Of a stretch of DNA of 64,000 bases, positions 52,479 through 64,000 are shown piece by piece. Numbering within the stretch: the first letter of the stretch is position 1; each line of letters opens with the position of its first letter. Both the position numbers and the translations under genes were made by a program. This DNA is from Antedon mediterranea (taxonomy: Eukaryota; Animalia; Echinodermata), in NCBI RefSeq assembly GCF_964355755.1, contig NC_092670.1:37126388-37190387 (forward strand), given 5' to 3'. Below the pieces are notes generated by a model. It saw only the letters and a program-made list of their open reading frames with translations, was not told where the DNA came from and made no database searches.

Positions 52479-53423
52479 TACGCTCACGCTAAGGTCAAAT
52501 TTTCTTTCGCAAAATTTGCGAAAGGTCTCCGATTTTATTTCTCGCAAAATTGAAAATTTTTTAGCAAATTAAAAAAACCATGAAAATGGCTAAATTTTTT
52601 GCCTAGATACATCAATATATATAGGTTGTTGTCTTGTATTGTTTTTATCTTTATTCATTCAAAATTTGTGATTAAAATACAAATAAAACATGACCGCATT
52701 AAAATATGTTAGGCCTATCTAGTGCAGCCTCACCGGCCTGATGCGATACCAGTCGTCACGGCCATAGCCTATAGGAGGCCTATTCAATGGTTGACTGTGC
52801 CATAGCCGAGTCATGTATGATCGGCCTCGGGCATCTATCAATTATCAGCATATGCAGCCTGTTTTTTTATCACAAACAATATAAATAATAAATACAGTAG
52901 TTTTCGTTTGTGTTATATATGCTTCTTATTCACTCGCGAAAACATCGTAACACACACCACCACAAACGAACTACAATGTCGGAATGTCCATGCAGCATGT
53001 TTGTTATTGCGCGATATTTTCATCTATACACATGCGCAGTTTGTTTGTTCGTAATTACAATTACTGCGCATTCATAAAATAAATTCCCCTTAGTCGGCCG
53101 CATGTACATTTACAGATATGGCGATTTACAAAAACGCCTGTACAATTAATAAGCCTCCTAACGGAAAACTTGTTTTAATTTATTCAAGTGACGTGAAAAA
53201 AACGTCATTGATGGCAAGGAACGCTACACCGCTGGCACTTATTATAGGCTGGCGACGGTGGCGAAGTCGTTGTGATTTACATAAAACTTTAATATTTGAA
53301 GCCTAAGCGAACGAAGTTGAAATTTTTAAGGAAAAATTATTTTGCAAGTTTTGCGAATGATATAATTTTTTTTTCCAAGTCCAATCGCATTTTGTGAAAA
53401 CACGAATGGTAAGCGTGAGCATA
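52479..53423. mobile_element. Probable non-autonomous TIR DNA element, superfamily unclear
   Basis: TACGCTCACGCT at the left and AGCGTGAGCATA at the right; no clear TSD. Confidence 0.5.
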
Positions 53424-53834
53424 GTATTTAGAAAAGATTCAAGAGCACGTGAAGCAGGATTTGTACGGTAATTGTTTTCACCTGGTACACCAAATTTCAA
53501 TATTTTTAACATAAAATGTAATATTTGTTCTGAAGCACTATAATTAAGTTTTATCCAATGCATTACAACATAATCATTGTCAAAGATGACTGGATTGAAC
53601 GCAAGATCTTGGACACAAACATAACCTGCACATCTCCAATGATGCGTGATAACATGCCTGACCTTTCATGCACTGTGTGTATGTCGTATTCATCTGCATT
53701 TCCTGTGTTGTATGCAGCCACCTGGCTGGGATGTTGCATGTACATCTTAACACTGTTTCCTGTGCTTTCTTACTGTATTAATAAGTATTGATTTTGCAAT
53801 GGATGTATTGTTGTCTCTAATATTACAGACTATG

Positions 53835-53986
53835 ACTCCATTTACACTTTAGCTTTTAGCGAGCCCGACGCCGGCTCCGAGCCAACAGTGTACAAGTGTA
53901 AACACTCTGGGAACAACCGAGCCGGCGCAATTTTGATCCTAGTCTAGGCAAATTAATAAATTGTTGATGAAGTGTAAATGGGGTCT
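53835..53986. mobile_element. Small MITE
   Basis: GACTCCATTTACACTT ... AAGTGTAAATGGGGTC inverted termini. Confidence 0.6.
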
Positions 53987-55896
53987 ATATGACATGTTGT
54001 CCTACTGCAGTAACTTCAGTAAAAAAACATTACAATACGTTTTGCAGTGACAGCGTGTAATGACAGGCCTCAACAATGTTTTAACACAGTTATTGGTTTG
54101 AACTCAATCAAACTAAAGCTCTGTGTATACAGTACTATGAAACTAGTTTGACATAAAAGTGTAATGGGCCCTAAATATGGTAGTGATGTGCCCCAAATGT
54201 GGTAATGATATCATGTCATCATCACCATCATCACATTTTGTTTTGTCCCATAAAGTTTGATAATGTAGACAGAGCTTTAGAATCCAAGTCTAAGAAGATG
54301 CTCTGGGGCCTTTTTAAGCTCCGGGGCCCCTGGGTTTAGCCAGTGAGCGCTCATAGCCATTATGCCACTGACCTTGTGTCTTGTACTGTACAGTGGTGGT
54401 GGTGCTAGCTGGTGGAAGAAAGGTCTAGCGTCTACAGTCAATGAAGACTTCCTTGGTGGCCCCTAGCTAACTGAAGAATACAGTATACTTGCTTCTGGTC
54501 TAATTATCCCCTATGCCGGGGCGAACCTGCACTGCACTGTACATCCGCTCAGTGGATACAGCTGCAAAGGAGGAAAATATAAATGTTTAATTCCTTTTTT
54601 TTTTTGGTTCAGTACATTCCTTATTACTGTGGTAATGATGATCGATATAAAGTGTTTTATTTTTGTGAGGTGAGGTAAATGAGAGTATGTCACGCTTTTC
54701 ACTCGTTTGTCACTATAACATTCACTTGGTGTAAAATTGACGAGCGTACACAGTGATAATGACAATGTCATGATGATGTTACTATAGCAATGACAAATAT
54801 ATGACTTGTTTTCAGAATTGCACTGTACTACTACAGTATAGTATGTATGGAAATAAACTGAATAATACTTAAATGCAACAATCTACTATAATGTACTATT
54901 GATTGTATTATTATTTACAGTTAGTGCTTCTAGTACTGTATGTCAAAATCAATATTGAAATTCAAACAAAAAAGCAATTAATTATCAACTTTTTCATGTA
55001 CTTTTAAACTTCGTATTCAACAAAATTTTAATTGTTCATACTATAGGGTATTATTGAAACTTAAATATTACTCAATTTTGTTAGCTTCATCATTTATTTG
55101 TTTATTTATGTACTGCTGTTATACAGTACAGTACATTTTATTTCTCCACCAGGCCAAAAAAATTCATTGAATTCATATACAATTGCTCAAAAAAATTGAT
55201 TTAAGTTGAGTAATAACACCGAAAATGACAATATACTGTAGTTATCACAGGACATGCTCATTTTAAAATAGTGATATTGTTCATAGTTTACTTTTTTCTA
55301 TCGCAAAGGCAATATGTCTAGATACTGTAGTAGTAGTAGAGTACTAGCGGTTCAAAGTGGCAGGCCTAGTAAGAATAGCATTCCACCTCTGTATGACATA
55401 ATATAGCAGCCTGAATAGGGAAGGAGCTGTCACCACTAATCAATCTAGGCCTAGTATGTTATGTTGCAGGCATGTTAATCTGGACTTATACTCACTAGGC
55501 CAATGGCCTCCCAATTCGTACTCTTGCCGTTTCATATTAATTATTCTATTTATCAATTTACAATCCAGATTTCAAAATCATATTTTGTTCAAATACTGTA
55601 TAAATTTTAATGTGTCATGAAACAAGAAATAGCAAATAGGTCATATTGGTTTTTTTTTGTGACCGTAATTGTGTATTTGATAACATGACATGAGTGTCCT
55701 GAGGCTTCTTGTAAAACATGATCTGCAGTCCAATCTGTACATTGTTAGCCTTATGGGCATTTTCTGTTTTTCGGCATACAGTACTTGGTTAAAAGTCCTC
55801 CTTTAAAAATAACTTTTTTTTTTCATAATTATTTCATCTCTATTTTACTAAAATAATGTTTTTGGTTTTTATTATGTTAAAAATAATATCGTGACA

Positions 55897-56420
55897 TTTT
55901 GTAGCTATCAAGTGAAAGTAATATTTCTCTACCATATTGTCATCATCTAGCAATATTGTGCATAGACATAATAGCTTACTGTAGACAATAGTAAATGTAA
56001 CATTATAACTTTATTTTGTCTGGGACATCATTCTGTATTAATATTTTAATCCACCAGCATGGCTAATGATATTAAATACCTTGATATTTTGTAGCTATCA
56101 AGTGAAAGTAATATTTCTCTACCATATTGTCATCATCTAGCAATATTGTGCATAGACATAATAGCTTACTGTAGACAATAGTAAATGTAACATTATAACT
56201 TTATTTTGTCTGGGACATCATTCTGTATTAATATTTTAATCCACCAGCATGGCTAATGATATTAAATACCTTGATATTTTGTAGCTATCAAGTGAAAGTA
56301 AATGTTTCTTCTCTCTACCGTATTTTCATCATAGACATTAGTTTATTGTAGACCTGGAACTGTATATTAACTTTATTGTGTCTGGGACATCATACTGATA
56401 TTTTAGTCCACCAGCACTGG
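55897..56420. repeat. 190-bp tandem duplication (2 near-identical units plus 1 degenerate)
   Basis: GTAGCTATCAAGTGAAAGTA at 55901, 56091, 56281. Confidence 0.93.
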
Positions 56421-57355
56421 CTCTTGGTTGGTAGCTTTCTACCTAACTGTATACAATTTTACCATGGAGAAAAACTCTACGATTTAACCTTTTATAGTAA
56501 TTTTGTTTCTGTTTGCTCAGTGCAAACACTTGAATATCTATGCAGACAATATCTATGCTAACATTCATGTGATTTAGCATGAGTGATATGGTTTCCCCAG
56601 GGACTGTTTATCATCATTAAATGGACCTGGAATCTCTACAGTATACAAATAACACAGTTGTGTGAATGGACTTTAGAGTGCACAGTATTTACATACTACT
56701 ATATATACGGGTGCCAAAGGTAGCGATGCGACTGTAATATAGGTTTGAATAAAGGTGGTGGAAAGGCTTTAAAAATACTGTAATTTAAGCTGGTCAAAAC
56801 ACATTGGCTCACTGGCTGGATAGCTATATTTAAGTAATTGATTGTTTAGTATAGTATTAGAGATACTGTACATGTGGACCTTATTTATTTTATCAGACAT
56901 TACTGTAGTAAAGTTGGCAGTGGAGATGTGTACTGTAAAGCTTGGTTTATGCAATACAGCACTTTGCGTCCAAACGTTACGTTGCATCGCTAGTGAGAAC
57001 CACGCCTAATGGTCACAAAATGTTGAAATGAAGTGCTGAACTAATGGTCTTTCCCCCTTTTTGAAACTGCCTGCTTGAAATGAGCAGACATAACTGTAAA
57101 TACCCAATAAAGTAAATTTACTCAGTATATAAATTAGTTTATGCAGTAATACCAGCAGAATCTATTTATGTCCGTATACTATCTATTACTATTATGTAAT
57201 ACCTCATTTTTACTACCGCTATTATTTAACTTAGTAGTAATATACTATTTAATTTTATACATGATTGTAGCATTTTAACAATCTTTTATAATTGTTTGAG
57301 AGTATTTGTGCTGGGCAGATATTTCCTATTGGTACTATAGTTTTTTTAGCCAATT

Positions 57356-58950
57356 ATTAGGTGATCATTTAGAATAAAATGATCACCTATTGTTATTGTA
57401 TGAAATCTTTATTATTATTTTTCTTTTTTTTTTTCTTTTTATTGTTTCTGTACACTATTTTGTGTAACAATTATCTCAAAAAGTTTAATATCAATGATTA
57501 CCAAAATTTCAGAATATCTTTCAAATAATATAACTTAATCCTAATGAGCTTTCCAGCGTGATCACTCATCTGTGACGTCATTTATACGCCATTTTGTGAA
57601 ATCACATTATCAATCATATCTCCATAATTCATTATGACATATTAATGAAATTCACTACAGATAAACTTCAGGTCAAGGGTAAAAATATTAGCAAATAAAA
57701 AGTTGCGCGTTTCAAGGTCATGCACGTGAAATCGCGCGTAAAAAATTTAAAACGCGCAAAATTAGGTTTTGATCAATTTAGAGCATGAATTAGGCCATTT
57801 GCGCATTTCAAAAAATTACTGCGCAAAAATGCGTTTTTGTGCGCACGATTCTTAAAATGCGTAAAAAAATAAAATTTGATGTATAAATCACATTCTACTC
57901 ACAATCCTTAGTACATTCACCAATTTTGAGTCCATTCCGACTTAAAATAACGCTATACGAGCACGTTAAAAATGACAAAATGCGCACACTAATTGTACAA
58001 AAGTGCTAAAAATGGTAAAAAATAAGGACTTTTTAAAATGAATATAACTCTTCAGAATGGCAGATGACCCCCAATTTTTTTAACTTATTATGGAAGCCAA
58101 TAAGTTGTAGATACAAATGTATACACATTAGACGTACAAAATGGTATGACGTCATCAAATGGCCACTTGAATTTAAAAATTAGGAATTTTTTTCTTTTTG
58201 TGTGGGTTATCACATTCAATAGAGCGCATCTCCGTTATTTGTGCCCAATTTTTGCACAACTTTTAGTATGTGCTTGCTCAATTAATTATTCTTCTAATGA
58301 GTTGTCAACATTTTCATTTTGATGACGTCATCACGCGTAAAACCTTGAATAACCTAGGTCGTGTAATTTTGGCTAAACCATACATTTGAATATCTTATAG
58401 CTCTTCAGAATTAAAGGTGACCTTGAAGATTATAACTTATTATGAAAGCTGATGAAATGTAGATATGAATTCATATACAAATTAAGCCTATCGGATGTTG
58501 TGACGTTATCACATGGCCAGTTGAAGTTAAAAAGTAGTTTTTAAATTTCTTTAGTCGAAGTTATACAAATTTCAAAGAGCGCGCATTGCCCTTCTACGTG
58601 TCAAATTTTCTTCCAATCCTTATATTTATTTGCTCAATTCATTATCTTTCGAAATTGTCATCTTCGAGTTTATTTTGATAATTCCATCATTACCAAAAAT
58701 TTAGAACACGATGTGGGTCCCGTAATTTCACCTATGCTACACTGTATATAGATATACAGTATATACTGTACATATTGTATATGACACATAATAGGTACCA
58801 CTCAGCACTATAAGTGTATATGCATCATGTCATAGGATGGCGTACATCAACTTTTTACGATCGTACGTGCATGTTTAAAAAAATGTTAATTTCATTAAAA
58901 TGATAAAAATGATCACCTATAATTCGTCAAAGTGACGAATTAAATTCTAG
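57356..58950 (+). mobile_element. Helentron/Helitron-like non-autonomous element
   Basis: 5' TAGGTGATCATTT with an adjacent inverted copy; 3' AAATGATCACCTA, hairpin TAATTCGTCA-AAG-TGACGAATTA and terminal CTAG followed by a T run. Confidence 0.65.
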
Positions 58951-58958
58951 TTTTATTA

Positions 58959-59295
58959 AGCATTGTCTACACTATCAAACTACAGTATTTTGACAAAAAA
59001 TGTTCGGAAATATGGTAGTGATATGCCTAAATATGGTGGTGATATGCCTAAATATGGTAGTGATATGCCTAAATATGGTGGTGATATGCCTAAATATGGT
59101 AGTGATATGCCTAAATATGGTGGTGATATGCCTAAATATGGTAGTGATATGCCTAAATATGGTGGTGATATGCCTAAATATGGTGGTGATATGCCTAAAT
59201 ATGGTGGTGATATGCCTAAATATGGTGGTGATATGACTTCATCATGTCCATATATTTTTTGTTGTTGCATAAACTTTGATAGTGTAGACAGAGCT
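58959..59295. mobile_element. Family A MITE with internal 21-bp repeat expanded to 11 copies
   Basis: Family A TIRs, TTA on both flanks, (CCTAAATATGGTRGTGATATG)11. Confidence 0.9.
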
Positions 59296-60265
59296 TTAAG
59301 GAGGCTTAATAAACAATAATAGTGTTTTATCAATTGTTTTAAACTCAAAAGACTGTACTGTACAATACCTACTGTACAGTACAGTATGTCGAATATAATT
59401 GGACTGGCAAGCATAAAAACTATATGTTGACAACAAATTTGTTTTAAAAATGTTAGTTCTTCTCTGCATACTGTACACAGGATAGTAATTCTTGTAAAGG
59501 AAAAATATTGTGTTGAGCCTTGTCATTATACTGTAGTTGTAATACTGTATATTAGTCGTGTGCCTTTATTTGTGGGTACACATTATTATTACTGTATTAT
59601 ATTAAAAGTTCATTTTCTTGTTCTGTTACAAATGGCTTTGCCATGGGGTGTGATATTTGGCATGATGCCACTGTCTGAAATCCATTGTACAGTAGTAGAG
59701 CATGCTGTTACCATGGCGTTCCCAAGGAAATTGTAAGTGCTGTTAAGAGGCAGACATGTTCAATGCTTAATGAATGATGAATGCTCAATTGTTAAACTCA
59801 CTGGCTGTCAAAAAATAGTAATAGATCATTCATTTAAATTAATGTTGACAATATTTGCAGTTGAATGTTATACAGTATATAAACTATTATATTTTTTCAT
59901 TTATTATTTGACATTAAATCATTGCTTTGTTAGTAAGTTTGTTCTGATGAGACCAGGCTTAAAGCTCTCTTGAGCTTTTTTCTTCCTGACTTTGCATCTT
60001 ATTAATTTAAAATAATAAGTTATATTAATTTGTCTGATGCATTGTGAAATAAAAACGAATGAATTATTAGAAAGAAAAGAAGTTATTGTTTGGAAACATG
60101 TTTTGTACCTCCATGGCTCCAAAGTACAACAGGCTTAATTGGTGAACAGTTTCTAAGGATCTGTTTCTGCTGCATAACGTCGAATACAGTGTTTATTTCA
60201 AAATATATTAAAAATATAATTTTAATAAGACTGTATTTCTGCTCAATTTTTAAATAACCATTTAA

Positions 60266-61091
60266 CACGTTCACTGCCACGGCGTATTTATACGTCAAAA
60301 ATTGCGTGTCGCTACTTGCCAAGACGTAATACTACGTCAAAATCGTAGCACTTTTGTATTGTATGTAGAATCGCTGGCAGTGGTGATTGGAACAGGAATT
60401 ATCGCATGGCAGTTTATGAATGATGTACGTAAACGATAATCTAAAAATAAATGTCATATGTTTGTTTGTGTTTATTCCCTCATGCATTGAATATGGTTGA
60501 TACAATGGCGCCCTCACACTCAATATAATCATCTCAAACATGTCATAAATTGCGCTAATAGTAAATAAAAATAATAAAGGATGAAATGATTCAGTGTGGT
60601 TTACTGTTTTTATCTCTCGATGATAGGGTGGGTCAGAGGATGGGGGTCAGATATTGACCCCAGCTTGTGACGTCATTGGAAATAAATACTTTATCTACAT
60701 CATCTTCATCGTCTGCCATAAGTATAGCTATAGCTTGGTCAGCACTAATGTTTCCCGCCATTGTGAAAAGCAATGTGGGCACTGATGTACCGCATGCACG
60801 TGGACAATGACGTATGAGCGTGGACAATGACGTATATGAACAGTTTGACCGATTTTAGCGCGGAAAATTCCCGACGTATATTTACGTTCCTGGCAAAGTC
60901 AATAAAATTGTTGGACCATTGCCAGTGACGTATTTATACGTCTCAACGGTTTTTCCCGCCATCGTATTTTGAATGACATCATGATAGTCTGTGACCAGAT
61001 GTTACACTTTCAAACTGTAATTTAATATGTACTGTAAACGGGACTTGGCACTGGGACAGAAATTACGGAAAATGCCTTGGCAGTCAATGTG
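60266..61091 (-). mobile_element. Non-autonomous piggyBac-like element
   Basis: TTAA on both flanks; TIR CACGTTCACTGCCA / TGGCAGTCAATGTG; internal acidic ORF start MAGNISADQAIAILMADDEDD. Confidence 0.75.
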
Positions 61092-62538
61092 TTAAATCAG
61101 TGGATGGTCGTCGACGGAAATCTTTAGCAGTACCCAAAATGCAATGGGCACTGCTGGCGGTCAATTCAAAGATTACTGCAGTGTAGTTGGCGCAAGGTCA
61201 GCGGCTGTCAAATAACCGTTACTTTTCGTTGAACCGGGATAAATTTCATTTCAACATTTTGTTTAGCAATATTGCTAATCAAACTGATTTTTTAGTTGAG
61301 AAACATAGTTTTTTATTGTATTTTTTGCTACACGTGTAAAAACTATGTTTCTCAACTCAAAAATAAGGTTGTTTTGTATAGGTTTTTGCTATGCTACACT
61401 GGCGAAATTATTCATTGGTTGAAGCTAAAAGTAAAGGTAACTGGTTAAATGACATTCTAACACCAAATCAATTTGGTGTTTTTAACCATTGTTTTCAGGC
61501 TGCCATTAATAACTGTTATTGAAAATTTGTTCTGTTTCTGCTCCCCAGAAATTTGGGTTAATTTATTCACAGGGTTATTTACAGTATCTGCAGCAGAACC
61601 ATACTCGTTTTATGTGGTCATCAGGTATCACTACTATACAGTAGTTAACCTTGAATTGAATAGTTTTTCCACCCTTTTTACATTGTGGGTAGCCTGTGGT
61701 TGGTCTAATAATAGTGTTGATGGTTATTGTGGGTTGATCAAGTTTGTGGTTATCAGTGATTGAAGAAAGTAGGTGAAGTGTATAGAAACCAAAACATTGA
61801 AATTTGACCAGATGGTGACCTTCAATAAATACGGACCTATTTATGCTGCGAGGGGAAAAAATTATGTGAGAAAATTACGTCCATTTATTTGCAGAAATCT
61901 AAGGACAGATTTCAAATCACTATTTGAATGGCTATCTCAAAATAGAATGCTATATTAACCAGTTATTGCCGTGCAAATTTAACTCAAACGGTTAACCCTT
62001 TAATCCAAAATTTGTCTTTGTTAAATTAACATTTCTGACCATAATCACAAGCAGAAATAAAATTATTATAAAATAAAACTGGTTAATTTAATGTTATTCA
62101 GCAGAAATGCCCTATTTGCTGCTACCCTTTATAAATCTAAGTTTTCTAAACTCCCTATTTATAAATGGAACAGTCTCATCATGATATATCTTGTATAAAA
62201 TACAAGATATGATTAAACATACAATATGCAACATACAGTAAAGTAGGTAATATTTAGATTGCTGCTATACTAAGTATACTGTAACAATGAATCCAAACTA
62301 TAATGTCAATGATTTTATTTCTTTGCAATGTATAGCTTTCTTGTTTTTTGTTAAAAAGTTATGGAAACAAACAATTTGTTTTCCCTTTACACATACACTG
62401 TACTGTAGTTATTTCTTTTTTTCAAGACAATTACCTGATTATCTGTTTTTATCTTATAGTGCTTTGGATAATCAACTTTACAATCTAACAAATTAACAAG
62501 GTAATTTTTAAGTTATATTTTAATTTTTTTGACGTTTA

Positions 62539-63369
62539 ACGTATATTTCGGTGTATAAGTCGCACCTGTGTATAAGACGCACCCCCTAACTGAGAGTAAA
62601 ATATCGGTATTTTTTATATCGTCGGTGTATAAGACGCACCTTATATTTCATCAAAACAATGTTTTTTTTAAATTGTAATCAATATTATTGTAATAATATA
62701 TTTTTTTATATCTGCAACGGCGTCCTTTATTTAGGTTTTTTCTTACCTAGGCTCGGCCGCGCCCAACCTCAACAGCCGCAACATCGAGTGCATGACCGTG
62801 TGTGTAACATGTACGTGTGGGCTAGCCTCGCTCGATCATTTCGAGAGGGCGCACGTTTTCACGGACAATCGTATTCGATTAGTATCTATGTATGTATCCG
62901 AGAATTGAAGTGTGTACGCTAGGTCCATGCTATAATCACCTGGAGAATATACAGTACTAGTCAAATACCGTACATCATGTGGCCGCCAAGAGGGCTTGCA
63001 CTGGGGGTACGGCGATCGTGCGTATAACTACTGTATAAATAAATACTATTCCAATCGTACGTAAACGTTTACAAATGAAATTTTATCGCCATAATGAACA
63101 AATCTTTTCATCATATTTAGTATAACATCATGCTAAAATGCCTTGAAAACTAGGCAGAAGCAGGTTGCCGTTACGTTAGTTAGTTATTGTTGCCAGCCTA
63201 GGCCTAGCCTACTAAGGCCTAGCAAACGAGGAGACGATAGCCTAGGCCTAGCCTAGGCCTATGTACAATCTGTGTGGTGAGGCATTTATGTTTGGTGTAT
63301 AAGACGCACCCTTAATTTAGAGGTCAAATTTGCGTGTCAAAAGTGCGACTTATACACCGAAATATACGG
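62539..63369. mobile_element. Non-autonomous Tc1/mariner-superfamily (pogo-like) element
   Basis: TA flanks; TIR (C)CGTATATTTCGGTGTATAAGTCGCAC; subterminal TGTATAAGACGCACC repeats. Confidence 0.8.
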
Positions 63370-63489
63370 TAAATACCACCGCTTGACTGTGTGTGGTATT
63401 CATGTAGAATTCAAATTGTAATCGTAGTATTTCAGCTTATAATATGACTGATTATATTGTATATTATTCAACAGTAACCATATCGCTAA

Positions 63490-63805
63490 AGCGTGGTTCC
63501 TACTAGTATGGAACGCAGTGACGTATAGACGCAAAGTGCTGTATTGCGTAATCACAAGTGGGAACCTACGATGCAAAAGTGCGGTTTGATTTCACGCAGG
63601 CGGGGGAAAACATGATTATGAAGCGTGGTTCCCACTAGCGACGTAACAAATGCCCTTCTAATAATTGTGTTTGCCCCACCTACGTGAAATCAAACGATGT
63701 TTGCAGCACTATTGCGTCGTCGGTTCTCACTTGTGATTATGCAATACAGTACTTTGCGTTGATACGTCGCTGCGTTGCGTTTTACTTTTAGTGGGAACCA
63801 CGCTT
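63490..63805. mobile_element. Family B MITE with an extra internal TIR
   Basis: AGCGTGGTTCCTACTA ... TAGTGGGAACCACGCT with a second left TIR at ~63622. Confidence 0.75.
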
Positions 63806-64000
63806 TAAACAGACGTAGCGCTTATTAGACTGATTTTTTGACTGTAGACTGTATTGCTTATTTGACTATATTATCACTTATTTGACTATTGCTTATGGAA
63901 CATGACTGTATCACTTACTTGACTATCACTTATTTGTCTATCACGTACTGTATTTGATGGTATCTCTTGACTGTTTAGCGCTTATTCAACTACTGTAGCA

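Noticed and set aside
58963-59414. ORFs with (MPKYGSD)n / (NMVVICL)n repeats
   Set aside because: By-product of a 21-bp repeat inside a MITE.

Overview
AT-rich, intron-rich animal genomic DNA, probably a marine invertebrate (echinoderm-like; inference). Genes: (i) a minus-strand type II membrane protein with a SEA domain, running off or ending at the left edge; (ii) a divergent plus-strand CCDC73-like coiled-coil gene (5104-17491); (iii) a complete ~32-exon alpha-2-macroglobulin/thioester protein gene (18803-45855); (iv) a possible small minus-strand gene and a probable non-coding first exon of another gene around a promoter at ~50.3-50.5 kb. One A2M intron holds an antisense tandem array of 33 initiator tRNA-Met units (27 full length). 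Another holds a 173-bp insertion with a 10-bp target-site duplication and a minimal hammerhead ribozyme. Non-coding DNA is full of non-autonomous DNA transposons (Harbinger-, pogo-, piggyBac- and Helentron-like), a young truncated LINE and minisatellites. Comparing repeat copies shows that TAGGCCTA and TACAGTA words arise as micro-insertions at TA sites, which look like excision footprints; TAGGCCTA-type words pile up just downstream of promoters. All exon coordinates and counts were read by eye and may be off by a few bases.
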